Of a DNA stretch of 64,000 bases, positions 1 through 11,741 are shown piece after piece. Made by a program: the position numbers and the translations under genes. The notes beneath the pieces are model-generated. The model was not told the DNA's origin, did no database searches, and saw only the letters and a program-made list of their open reading frames with translations. This DNA comes from Octopus vulgaris (lineage: Eukaryota): the NCBI GenBank assembly GCA_951406725.2, contig OX597818.1, positions 48,484,001 to 48,548,000 on the forward strand, given 5' to 3'. The first letter of the stretch is position 1, and every line of letters begins with the position of its first letter.

Positions 1-301
1 TCTCTTAGATTGGAGACTTCCTCTCAAATCATGCATGTTATGATGAAATGCTCTTTTATTTTGTTCTCCTATACATGTAATGATTCACTCGCCAACTCTT
101 CCAGCAATGCCTGTTCTAATGCAGATGATTCCATCTTTAACACTGCCATAACCTTTGGTACCCAAGTGCCATCCTCATGCAACCTAAACATCTCACATCA
201 AATCCACACTTCTAGTGGGGTTGTGTCAATCTTATCTCCTTCAAAAGCACAAAGACACAATCACTACACAGCAAGAAAACTATTGTACCCTACCTTCTTA
301 A

Positions 302-680
302 ATCATCATCATCATCATTGTTTAATGTCCGTTTTCCATGCTAGCATGGGTTGGACGGTTCGACCGGGGTCTGGGGAGCCAGGAGGCTGCACCAGGCTCC
401 AGTCTGATCCGGCAGTGTTTCTACAGCTGGATGCCCTTCCTAATATCAACCACTCCGTGAGTGTAGTGGGTGCTTTTTATGTGCCACCGGCACAGGTGCC
501 AGATGAGGCTGGCAACGTCCACGATCGGTGCTTTTTGCGTGCCACCGGCACGGAAGCCAGTCGAGGCGGCGCTGGCAATGGACACATTTAAATGATGCTT
601 TTCACTAGCCACCGGCACTGGTATCACAACTACAATTTCCATTGATTTTTTGATCGATTTCGATTTCACTTGCCTATCAA
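302..680 (-). mobile_element. RTE-tail SINE/non-autonomous retroposon ((GAT)n tail), with internal ~60-bp repeats
   Basis: (CAT)n followed by tgtttaatgtccgttttccatgctagcatgggttggacg...ctacagctggatgcccttcctaa...gtgtagtgggtgctttt. Same sequence recurs at 6337, 12060, 14197, 25580, 25800, 36400, 40870, 45795, 46553 and 49795. Confidence 0.8.
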
Positions 681-1089
681 ACAAAATCTCCCAAAGTCAC
701 TAAAAATGCTGGACCTCTTCATTAATGATCTTACAAAGACAAGCATTCCTCTTGAGGGCCACAAAATACTTCTCTTCACAACAGTTACTAATGTGATACA
801 AAGCTCGGGTGAGACCCACTCATTATTATCATGTGTTTGTTTTCCATGTTGGCATAGGTTAGACAGTTCAGCTGGAACTGGTAAGCCAGCGAGCTGCACC
901 AGGCTTCAGTCTGTTTTGGCCTGGTTTCTATGACTGGATGCCTTTAACATGTCACTGCCATGGGTGATCTTCGTGTGTCACCAGCACTGGCCCCGACTAC
1001 AATTTCACTAAGTTTGATGTATCTTCTCAAGCACAACAAATTGCCAACAGTCTTGGTCACTAGTCATCACCTCTGTGAAACACAACATT

Positions 1090-1440
1090 CAAATATCACG
1101 TTTCACAATGGAATAAATACTACATCTAAACTGGTTGATATGAAGTTGCTCACCAACCCACTGCATCTTCTTGCACACAGACTGTTTTCTCAGTCTGTCA
1201 CTACTACAGTGACCTCTGCGACTTTGAGCTGGTTAATCTCATTCCACCTCCGCTCACATTCAATAAACTCTTCTCTTCATGTCACTCACTCATACTGTAT
1301 TCACTTGCTCTGACCCCTTTGACCAATCCTCCCTCCCTCCCTAGAACATTATGCCTCTGGAATTCCCTTTCTGCCCATGTTTTTCCATCTGATGCCAACT
1401 TATAGTTGATTAAGTACATCAGCTGCATTGATTGATCTGA
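1090..1440 (+). mobile_element. Degenerate CR1/L2-clade LINE 3' ORF remnant
   Basis: Broken frames resembling the LINE C-terminus (H.YCI.L...PRT..LWNSL...VFP...NL). Similar minus-strand remnants at ~44190-44400 and ~50190-50360. Confidence 0.5.
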
Positions 1441-1460
1441 CTGACCTCAGAAGACATGTT

Positions 1461-1793
1461 AAGGCGGTGAGCTGGCAGAAACATTAGCACGCCGGGCGAA
1501 ATGCTTAGTGGTATTTCGTCTGCCATTACGTTCTGAGTTCAAATTCCGCCAAGGTCGACTTTGCCTTTCATCCTTTCGGGGTCGATTAAATAAGTAAAGT
1601 TATGTACTGGCGTCGATGTAATCGGCTTAATCCATGTGTCTATCTTTGTTTGGCCCCTTGTGGGTAGTAAAGAAATAAGTATTTCGTCTGCCACTACGTT
1701 CTGGTGGAATTTGAACTCAGAACGTAACAGCAAATGAAATACCGCTAACCATTTCGCCCGGTGTGCTAACGTTTCTGCCAGCTCGCCGCCTTT
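1461..1793 (+). mobile_element. Nin/Deu-domain tRNA SINE followed by an inverted partial copy
   Basis: Head aaggcggtgagctggcagaa...gagttcaaattcc (B box), Nin-like gcctttcatcctttcggggtcgat and tail ccccttgtgggtagtaaagaaat. 1705-1793 is the reverse complement of the head. Confidence 0.85.
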
Positions 1794-2211
1794 AATATAT
1801 TTATATTCTTGTCTATCAAATCCACTAATGAAGCTATAGTAGACAATATTTGCTCAAGGTGCTGTAGAGTGGGACTGAAGACATGATTTCAATTCAGTCC
1901 CACTGTACAGCACCTTGGGCAAGTATCTTTTACTATAACCCTTTGTGAGTGGAAATAGGCAGATGGAAACTGAATGAAGCCCATCGTACAGATATATGTG
2001 TCTTGATTTCATTTGAAGGTCGTAAACAAACATCACCATCATATAAGCAGTGTTGTTCATTTCCAGCCTTGCCGGGTCATAGTGCTAGTGCATGCATATA
2101 CAGCTGCGTGCGAGCGCACATACACGTGAGTACTGTCCAAATCTCCGACACATCACATACAGCTAGCTTCCATTCAATTCAGGCATTTTGATTGGGTTTG
2201 GGATAGAAAAT

Positions 2212-2408
2212 TCACAAAAAAGTCACTTCTATTGATTTTTTAATGGCTTTGCGGGGTGACTGGGGAAATGTAAAGATGTGCACAACCACCCTTGGACAGT
2301 TTTGAACGACCATAGAAAGTGCGAGCCCTCTAGCTGAAAAATTGTGGATTTGTATAAAGGATACACACACACAGACAGACATTTTGCCGTTTATATATAT
2401 ATAGAGAT
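2212..2408 (-). mobile_element. Helitron-like non-autonomous element, 5' portion
   Basis: Minus strand begins TCTCTATATATATATAAACGGCAAAATGTCTGTCTG, the TC...TATATA...(CTGT)n start typical of non-autonomous Helitrons. No 3' hairpin found. Confidence 0.45.
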
Positions 2409-3013
2409 GTCTGGCCATCCGGAATATTACCTTGTTTGTAAACAGGTGAGGATTGGTGACAGGAAGAAGATTTGGCCTTGGAAAATCTCCTTCAAAAAGT
2501 TCCGTCTGACCTGTGCATGCATAAAAAAGTAAACATTAGATGATAATGATGATGTTCAATTATTTCTGAATTAAAAATTTATGGTCCAAAGGAACTTTAC
2601 AAAGACATTAAATCTGCCCGACATGAATTTTCACAAACCTCTTGGGAAATGTATTATGAAATTTACAAAGCTACAGTTTACTAGCTCAAAAGACAATAAC
2701 ATCAAACTAAAGCAATTCATATCAATATAGGGGTAAACTATTTGCATTATATATTTCCCAGAGAGTGAGCTTAGAGTTTCCAAAAATAACCTCCAAGGAC
2801 AGAAAGGTTCCCACAATACAAAGATCTTAAATCAGTTAAATGAACAAGCCGTTTGCTGTGAGAAAAACTTAATGAAAATATAATTTATAGACATTTAAAA
2901 TGCAGTAAAATGATCAAATAAAAATGAAAGAAACCGAGAAAGAAACGCAGGGCTTTAGATTTATTTTTTTACATTTTTCAGCCATAGGAGTGTGACCATG
3001 CTGGGGCACCTCC

Positions 3014-3241
3014 TTAACCCTTTCATTACATATTTATTTTAAGATGCTCTGTGTTACTTTCAATTATTTTAAATATAACAAAGAATTTAGTCAAATATCT
3101 TAGTTACCATTCATCAAGTGTTAGGAACATAAATTGTGACTAAGGTTTGGTGGAAGATTTTAATTCAAAACTTATAAAAACAAGACATTTGTACTATAGA
3201 GCCAGAGCCGGTTTCAGCCAGGTTGGTAACAAAAGGGTTAA
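3014..3241. mobile_element. piggyBac-type MITE family A (~225 bp) inserted in a SINE
   Basis: TTAA-CCCTTTcattac...gtaacAAAAGGG-TTAA; terminal inverted repeats with a TTAA target duplication. Confidence 0.85.
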
Positions 3242-3449
3242 AGGGTTTCAGTCAAATGAATTGCCCCCAGTGCTTAAGCATTTTTTTTCCCAAAGTTGCT
3301 ACTTATTCTACCAGTCTCTTGCTGAACTGCTAAGTTGTAGGGACATCAACAAACCAACAGCGATTTTTCAAGCAAATGGTGAGGTGACAATCACAGCTAC
3401 AGACACATACACATGCATATGCACATATATAAATATATACACACAGACA

Positions 3450-3600
3450 TATATTGTAGAGGGAACATGTGTAAGGGGTAGACCCAGGAAGATGTGGGAC
3501 GAAGTGGGGAGAAAGGATCTATAAACTTTTGGGACTCACAGAGGGGATTGAGACTCCTGGCAGTTTGCTGTGCTTGAAAAGATACACTAAGCTAAGTAAA
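3450..3600 (+). mobile_element. RTE-clade LINE C-terminal remnant
   Basis: Translates VEGTCVRGRPRKMWDEVGRKDL, matching the RTE G.R.RGRP...W motif. Confidence 0.65.
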
Positions 3601-3740
3601 AGCACGGTTGCACTTGCATACAGGCTCGTCCCTTGCAATCCCTTCCTGCCAAGCATATGTGGTGCATTCTAGAAGTTCTCCGTTTTCAGATTTTTTTAGG
3701 AGAGGCAGTTACATCTGTCCAAGATGACTGTGATTTTAGT

Positions 3741-4360
3741 ATACTCTCTTTTACTTGTTTCAGTCATTTGACTGCAAACTTGCTGGAGCACCGCCTTTAG
3801 TCGAGCAAATGGAGCCCAGGACTTATGCTTTGTAAGCCTAGTACTTATTCTATCGGTCTCTTTTGCCGAACCCCTAAGTTACGGGTACGTAAACACACCA
3901 GTTGTCAAGCGATGTTGGGGGGACAAACACAGACACACAAACGTATACACACACACATATACATACATATATATATATATATACATATATACGACGGGCT
4001 TCTTTCAGTTTCTGTCTACCAAATCCACAAACAAGGTTTTGGTCGGCCCGAGGCTATAGCAGAAGACACTTGCCCAAGGTGCCACACAGTGGGACTGAAT
4101 CCAGAACCATGTGGTTCGTAAGCAAGCTACTTACCACACAGCCATCCCTATGCCTATATATATATATATATAGATACATATATATATGACAGGCTTCTTT
4201 CAGTTTCCGTCTAGCAAATCCACTCACAAGGCTTTGGTTGGCCCAAGGCTATAGCAGAAGACACTTGCCTAAAGTTCTACGCAGTGGGACTGAACCCTGA
4301 ACCATGTGGCTGGTAAGCAAGGGACTTACCACATTACCACACAGCCACTCCCACACCTGT
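3741..4360 (-). mobile_element. CORE-like tRNA SINE (full copy plus partial tandem head)
   Basis: Reverse complement of the family seen intact at 9009-9432. Confidence 0.85.
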
Positions 4361-4817
4361 CATTACTAAACCTCTAACAAGCTGACCTGCCAACTTTTGT
4401 TAATCCTGATTGAAGGAGACAAATGTAACAGCACTTTGAACACATCCTACCTACATACTGCTTGTCACAGCTGACTAGTTTTCAGAATGCAGTCAGGACA
4501 TTTGGAAGTTTGCTATGCAATAAAGTTTTGTGTTAAATTAAGCAAACACTCTACAGAAACTTGTGAAATGCTCTAGATTGCTTATGAATTAAGTTTTACA
4601 CTGGCATAAGAGGTTCAGAGATGATTGAGAGGAGATGAGAGTTATGGAAGGGAGAGAGAGACATCAGGACATCAGAGCTGGTTGCGAAAATATGCAATTT
4701 TCTTGATGAAGGCCATTGTATGACTATAAAAACAATAAGCATACAGTTTGGAATTGGTATGGCAACTGTATACAAAATTACTTATGAAGATATGAACATG
4801 CATAAAATTTGTGCTAA

Positions 4818-5183
4818 TGGTAAGTAGCTTACTAACCAACTACATGATTCCGGGTTCAGTCCCACTGCATGGCACCTTAGGCAAGTGTCTTCCACTATAG
4901 CCTGGAGCCGACCAAAGCCTTGTGAGTGGATTTGGTAGACGGAAACTGAAAGAAGCCCACCATATATATTTTTATATATATATGTGTCTGTGTTTGTCCC
5001 CCCAACATCGCTTGGCAACCAATGTTGGTGTGTTTACGTCCCCGTAACTTAGTGGTTCGGCAAAAGAGACCGATAGAATAAGTACTGGGCTTACAAAGAC
5101 TAAGTCCTGGGTTCGATTTGCTTGACTAAAGGCAGTGCTCTAGCATGGCCGTAGTCAAATGACTGAAACAAGTAAAAGAGTAG
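4818..5183 (+). mobile_element. CORE-like tRNA SINE inside the mariner
   Basis: tggtaagtagcttac...gggttcagtcccact...tgactgaaacaagtaaaagagta; same family as 9009-9432. Confidence 0.85.
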
Positions 5184-6336
5184 AATGCTCGCTGACAAGC
5201 ATCCTGGTAACCAACCACTTAACAGAGATGGGCATCAACACTGCCCCTCACCCTCCCCACAATCTAATCCTTGCTCTCTGTGAATTTTGGTTGTTCCTCA
5301 AGTTGAAGAAGAACCTCAAGGGCAGTCATTTTGAAGATGAAGGAGGCTTTGACAAGGGTCCTAGACACCTTCACTTTGGAGGACTTCCACGGGATTTTCA
5401 CAAAGCAGCTGAAGTACTACAAGTGTGTTTAAGTCAGAGGATTCCACTTTGAGGGAGGTTTGAGTTTTGTACTTCATTGAAATTAATAAATGTATCTCCT
5501 GGAAAAGTCTCAAAACTTCTGGAATGCACCTTGTGTGTGTGTTTATGTCTCGTTTTTGCATCATGTCATGGTTGTAAATGACGTTTGTTCATTTCCAATA
5601 TTCTGTGGAAACATGTCTGGCCACAAGAAACTGTTATCTTCCTTGGAAAGAGGTGAGCGTTGGTGGCAAGGAAGGCATCAAGCTGTAGAGATTCTGCATC
5701 AGTAAAATCCGTCTGACCCATGCAAGCATTGAAAAGTAGACGTTAGAACAATGATGATGGTGATGTAAAGTGGCTCTAACCGAACCACTTCAAATAGTTT
5801 TCCAAAACTTCCTTGGAAGTGATAAGCACTATAAAACGTTGAAAGAAGGTATTAATATGTCATCCATCAGGGGCCAAGTAGAGCAGATGCTAAATATTTC
5901 AGAGATAGCTCTGACTTCAAACAATAGCAAAGTTGTGGAACAAATTATCAGTGGGGGAACTGAATATGTTCTGAGACAAAAATGACTTGCTGAGTGACAC
6001 AGCATGGTTTCTGTCTGAGCAGAAGCTGGTCCATACAACTACTGTACCATTACAGCTAAATACTGAAACAGCTGCTCAACCATTCAAATGTAGATGTAAG
6101 ACATTGCAAAAATTTTCAGCAAAGTTGCTCATGAGATAAATTACAAGCTGTGTGATCTTAGCTTAACTGGAAAATTAGGAGAATGGTTGTGTAACTTTTT
6201 TTTATGAAAGTTGTTTGCTGTAATAATACCTTTTCAAACAGTCGAAATTTCTGAGTGGAGTGTATTAGGACGTTTACTGTTTGCAACAATGCAATAGCTG
6301 TTTCAAACATATTTTGGTATTAGAACAACCACTCTT

Positions 6337-6780
6337 ACATCATTATCATCATCGTTTAACATCTGCTTTCCATGCTAGCATGGGTTGGACGATTTTGACT
6401 GAGGGCTGGCGAACCAGATGGCTGCACCAGGCTCCAATCTTGATCTGGCAGAGTTTCTACAGCTGGATGCCCTTCCTAACACCAACCATTCCAAGAGTGT
6501 TGTGGGTGCTTTTTATGTGTCACCGGTATGGGGGCCAGTCAGGCAGTACAGGCAACGACCTCGCTCGAATCATTTTACACATGCCACCGGCACAGGTACC
6601 AGTAAGGTGATGCTGGTAACAATCACGATCAAATGGTGCCTTTTATGTGCCACCGACACGGAAGCCAGTTAGTTGCTCTGGCAATGATCACGCTCAGATG
6701 GTGCTCTTGGCACCCTACTAGCATGGGCACAAGTGCCAGTAAGGCGACGCTGGTAACGATCACACTCGAATGGTACCTTA
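6337..6780 (-). mobile_element. RTE-tail retroposon with a tandem array of ~60-bp hairpin units
   Basis: Same tail as 302-680, plus 4-5 units of gtgccaccggcac...gccagt-n-ctggc..cgatcacgctcgaatggtg. Confidence 0.8.
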
Positions 6781-7253
6781 TAAACTATGTTGATTATAAT
6801 AAAAATTTAAAGGTAATCAAGGTACAGTTATGGCTGTTTGGTTAAGAGTTTTGGTTCTCAACCTGTGGTTTCAGGTTCAGTCCTATTGTGGTGGCACCTC
6901 TGGCAAGTGTCTTCTACTATAGTTCTGGGCCAACCAAAGTCCTGTAAATGAGTTTGAGAGACAGAAACTGAAAGAAACCTGTCATATTATATGTATGTAG
7001 ATATTGTGTGTGTGTACCCTTGTATTCACATTACATGATTGTAAATAAACATCACCATCATACAAGCGGTGTTGTTTATTTCCAGTCCTCAGTGAAACAC
7101 ATCTGGCTATGGGGAAATATTATCTTAGTTGGAAACAGGTGGGGGTTGGTGATAGAAAGGGCATCTGGCCACAGAAAATCTGCCTCAGCAAATTCCATCT
7201 GACCCATGCAAGCATGTAAAAGTGGATGTTAAACTGATGAATATGATAAAGAT

Positions 7254-7410
7254 AAGGCAGCGAGCTGGCAGAAACGTTAGCACACCTTTGCCTTTCATCC
7301 TTTCGGGGTCCATAAATTAAGTACCAGTTACGCACTGGGGTCGATGTAATCGACTTAATCCGTTTGTCTGTCCTTGTTTGTCCTCTCTGTGTTTAGCCCC
7401 TTGTGGCTAT
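7254..7410 (+). mobile_element. Internally deleted Nin-domain SINE with TSD
   Basis: Family head joined directly to the Nin domain and tail; flanked by atatgataaagat on both sides. Confidence 0.75.
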
Positions 7411-7861
7411 ATATGATAAAGATGATGATGATGATGAAGATGACTATGAATCAGGAATCTTGATGATGCTGACAGAAACCTAGAGAAAAATGTCAATGCT
7501 ATATAGAAATGGTGTGGTAAAAACTATGCATTTCTATAAAAGAAAGTCTCAAGCATTCTACTATCAGCTCTCTAACCATTGCAACCTGGTTACAAAGGCC
7601 TAACACAGATTCTAATCCCCAAATCAGAATTTGCTTGAGACTGGAAAAAACATAAGGGATCTACATAGAAAAAATGTTAACACTTTCAAACAAAAGTCGG
7701 TCTCTCTACTGTTTAAGATGTTAGATAAACCTTCATCAGATCAAACATTCGTTTATCAACTACTAACCTCAAAAGAGGATGCAACAGCATTGATAGTCAA
7801 TCCTCATCATACCCAAGGGACAATGGCTGGAATAACTAGTAAGAGAAAAGAAGGCATAGGA

Positions 7862-7917
<56 letters not shown>

Positions 7918-8052
7918 CACGTGCTAAGAGTAAATACTCAGAGTAAGCAATAATCATAAATACAGTACATTGTCAAAAGAGTTATCATTATGAAATTATA
8001 TGTAAACTTATTTCAACAGTACAAAATGTTTACTGATACAGAAATCTCTCTG

Positions 8053-8091
<39 letters not shown>

Positions 8092-8096
8092 CTATA

Positions 8097-8327
8097 TATC
8101 TATAAAATAATATGTTACATTACTCGATAGTCAAGATAAAACTCTGAGTTTCAGATGCCGAAGTGGGAATCCACAACGCCATCTCTTCGGTTATCTGGCT
8201 ATTTGAAAAGCAGATTTTCAAATAGCCAGATAACCGAAGAGATGGCGTTGTGGATTCCCACTTCGGCATCTGAAACTCAGAGTTTTATCTTGACTATCGA
8301 GTAATGTAACATATTATTTTATAGATA
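8097..8327. repeat. Perfect inverted repeat: 113-bp arms, 5-nt spacer
   Basis: 8097-8209 is the exact reverse complement of 8215-8327 (spacer gcaga). Lies between (TA)n tracts. Confidence 0.95.
8222..8297 (+). ncRNA. Type I hammerhead ribozyme-like motif (mirror copy on the - strand at 8127-8202)
   Basis: Stem I AGATAA (8228-8233)/TTATCT (8285-8290); core CCGAAGA (8234-8240, U4C variant); stem II GATG..GTGG-attc-CCAC..CATC; extra T; GAAA (8272-8275); stem III ACTC-a-GAGT; GUU triplet ending at 8284. Confidence 0.6.
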
Positions 8328-8388
8328 AATTTCCTCTATTTACATAATATTGAGGTCTCTTTCTTTCTTTTGTTATCTTTCCGTTTTA

Positions 8389-8443
<55 letters not shown>

Positions 8444-8696
8444 AAATCCGTTCTGTCTGTCTGTGTGTGTGTCTTCTACGTTTATTAAATAAGCTTCTTA
8501 ACCACACAGCCATACCTGCACTCATACATACATACATATATGCATACAATCATATATGTACATATGTGTGTGTGTGTGTGTGCATGTATGTGTGTGTGCA
8601 TATGTGTGCATGTATGTGTGTGTGTGCATGATTGTGTGTGTGTGTCCATGCATGTATGTATGTATTTAATAATAGTGTGATTCAGCTCTGTATTAC

Positions 8697-8930
8697 TCAA
8701 CCCTTTAGCATTTAAACTGACTGTATCCAGCCCAAATATCCTCCCTGTTCTTTGTTCAAACTGGCCAGATCTAGCCTCTTACACCTATTCTACAATGCCA
8801 ATCTAAAAATAAACAATCATACCATCAAAATCTCAAAGCCACAAGATAATGCATAATTTATTCAAAACAATGTGGGTAAAAATAAATCAGTATTACACTT
8901 GACTGAGTAATTTGAACACTAAAGAGTTAA
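8697..8930. mobile_element. piggyBac-type MITE family B
   Basis: tcaa-CCCTTTAGCATT...aacactaaagag-TTAA. Related copies at 31474, 53678 and ~62440. Confidence 0.7.
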
Positions 8931-9008
8931 AGTTTTGTGGGCATGGGACACATCCACCTCATCAGATATTTACAAAAATAAAAAGCATAAAATCATAATG
9001 AACTTATT

Positions 9009-9432
9009 GGAGTGGCTGTGTGGTAAGTAGCTTGCTAACCAACCACATGGTTCCGGGTTCAGTCCCACTGCGTGGCATCTTGGGCAAGTGTCTTCTGCTA
9101 TAGCCCTGGGCTGACCAATGCCTTGTGAGTGGATTTGGTAGATGGAAACTGAAAGAAGCCTGTCGTATATATGTATATATATATAAGTGTGTGTGTATAT
9201 GTTTGTGTGTATATGTTTGTGTGTCTATGTTTGTCCCCCTAGCATTGCTTGACAACCGATGCTGGTGTGTTTACATCCCCGTCACTTAGCGGTTCGGCAA
9301 AAGAGACCGATAGAATAAGTACTGGGCTTACAAAGAATAAGTCCCGGGGTCGATTTGCTTGACTAAAGGCGGTGCTCCAGCATGGCCGCAGTCAAATGAC
9401 TGAAACAAGTAAAAGAGTAAAGAGTAAAGAGA
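9009..9432 (+). mobile_element. Near full-length CORE-like tRNA SINE
   Basis: A box TGGCTGTGTGG, B box GGTTCAGTCCC, CORE-like cttgggcaagtgtctt, internal (TA)/(TG) microsatellite and (gtaaaaga)n tail. Confidence 0.9.
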
Positions 9433-11059
9433 GTGCTCAGGTGCATTACAACTCATCAGGAAAAGTAGCCAAGCATGCATGTATAGCATGTAGAATAATG
9501 CACAAAAAGACAGGAAAGTGAACAGTGATTGAGTCTTTAAAAAAAAGAAGAAAAAAACATGAGAGGGTTTGAAAAAAATTCATAATGATTTTTAAATGTT
9601 TAAGCCTCCATTAGTCAGCTCAGGTCATGTGACTGCAATGCTGTCAAAGTGACATAAGTTATTTTCTTTATTTTTATGTCCATATTTTGCAGACAGGACG
9701 TTGGCATCACTTTAACAGCAGTCTGCAATATGGTCTATTCAGCAATACTAGCTCTTTGTATTGGGCACTGCATGTGGTGGTGTATGCAATATATTGGCAT
9801 AAGTTAGTTAAGCAGTCATTATTCTGTGAACATTGAACATATTAGTGACAGCAGTTATTATACTAGGGCAACAATATTGATGCTGTCAGGTCACAAGTGA
9901 GGTTGCATGACCAACATAAGTCGGCTGTAGTCTACACAGACAACAGGTATTATATGCTCTGCCCCCAGGAGTGGACCAGCAAGGCCTAGGGTCATATATC
10001 AGTTGCCAGAGACTCGAAGTTCATTACCAGTTTGTAAATCTAGTGGCAACAATAATATAGTTCATTCTTACTATAAATGACTATTGCAGGCTGGTGGAGT
10101 ATGTGTAGTTTCTCATGGGGCCAGAATTGCCAGTTATGAGTAAGAAGGGCCCTGTCAAGCCCTGTCAAAAGTACTCCATTTGATGATGGGAAAGTCATTT
10201 GGATAGTCCTGGTGCCTCCAGATGAAGCAGAAGGGAGGTAGAGTTCTCATTCACCCTACACCTGAAGGAGTGCATGTTTTATGTATTTATTCCCTTAAAT
10301 TCATTGACTGTCATGCCCATTTAATGTCTTGTAATGCCTCTGAATGGAGCCTGTAGACTACAGCCTTTGATAAGCAGGCTCCTCCCAAGAGACAGGTGGT
10401 AGGATTTCATGTTTAGATAATACCGTTTCAATCACCCTACATTTTGTAAGGTGAAATGATTGAAATGATATTATCTAAACATGAGTAGCTTACGTTGATA
10501 TTATAGGTATTAAAGGGCTTATAATTTCTATAATTTTGTGGGAAAAGCTTTTTGATTAATGACAAGAAGCTCCAAGCTATATTAGTGGAAACCTCTAAGA
10601 TGAACAGAGGTTTAAGCCAGATTATTTGTACATACATTTGGGCTTCTACAAGTGTTTCCATCAATCAAATTCTCTCACAAAGCATTGTTCAGCTCAGGGC
10701 TAAAGTAGAAAAGGCTTATTCAAGGTACTATCAGTGCAATTGAACTTGAAACCATATGGCTTCAAAATGAGCTTCTTAATCACACAGCCATATATCATCA
10801 TCATCATCATCGTTGTCATCATGATAACCATTTAACATTAATTTTCCATGCCAGCATAGGTGCATAGGTTGGAGAGTTTGACAGGTGCTGGTGAGCCAAA
10901 GGACTGCACCAAGGTGTACTACCTGCTTTAGCATGGTTTTTATAAGTGGATGATATGTATGTATGTATGTATGTAGTAATTAGATCATAGAATTGCCATT
11001 ATGTAATAATCGTTTTTTTTTGTTTTTTTCTTTTAAAGATGTCAGGTGTTTTACTTATA

Positions 11060-11741
11060 TATTTGAAGGGAAATCAAAAATTATCTGCACTTTCTCTTCT
11101 CCATAACATATCTTTATTATTGTCACTCTGCCTTCTGCACATGCGTGCTTATAGTTGGTACTATTGTGGTTATGTGATTGAAATTTGAGCCTGATCATGC
11201 CATTTTTTTTTTCTGGCTTTACAGTGTAAGCATGGCCGCTCAAATACCAATGTGCACCAGAGCAGAACAAAGAGCAGTGATCTGAGAGATAATAATGGTT
11301 CACTGGTTCACCATTATCATTTCTTGAGCTTGCTGAATCTTCTTGTCAGTGGTGGAGGTTGACAGGTGTCCTGCTCTCTCTTCATGTGTCATACTTGTCT
11401 GGCCACTTTTAAACTTCTCAATCCACTCATACACGTTTCTACATGGTAGTGCACTGTCCCCGTATCATGCTAAAAGCCTCCAATGAATTTCAGCACCAGA
11501 CACACCTTCTGACCAGAGAAATTGGATCACCGCTCTTTGTTCTTTGGTGCACATTGTTAGTGGAGTGGCCATACTTATGCTGTAAAGCCAGAAAAAAAAA
11601 AAAAGGCGTTATCAGGCTCAGACTTCAGTCACATGACCACAAATGTACCAACAATATGCACAAATGTGCAGAAGGTAGTGTAATAATAATAAAGAAATGT
11701 TATGGTGAAAGTGCAGATAATTTTTGTCTTCCCCTTGCATA
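11060..11741. mobile_element. Palindromic mariner-derived element made of two 5' ends
   Basis: Diverged ~220-bp inverted arms (11060-11285 and 11525-11741) flanked by TA. The minus strand through the centre reads like a mariner N-terminus: MCTKEQRAVIQFLWSEGVSGAEIH...VYEWIEKFKSG. Confidence 0.8.

Larger units (their letters stand above)
3656..5535 (+). mobile_element. Decayed mariner (Tc1/mariner) transposon with SINE insertions
   Basis: TIRs ggtgcattctagaagtt (3661) and aacttctggaatgcacc (~5514-5530). Transposase fragments YAIKFCVKLSKHSTETCEML, WHKRFRD, MHKICA (4485-4817) and PHPPHNLILALCEFWLFLKLKKNLKG (degenerate HPPYSPDLAPCDFWLF, ~5245-5325). Stops and deletions present. Confidence 0.8.

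Noticed and set aside
10-591. 193-aa ORF and similar QLDALPNANHS ORFs
   Set aside because: Translations of the antisense RTE-tail repeat; they recur at every copy with different frames.
5770-6330. Possible coding or transposase remnant
   Set aside because: No motif I can recognise and the ORFs are short.
6490-6780. CRISPR-like repeat/spacer appearance
   Set aside because: Whole units are homologous, there are no unique spacers or cas genes, and the context is a eukaryotic retroposon.
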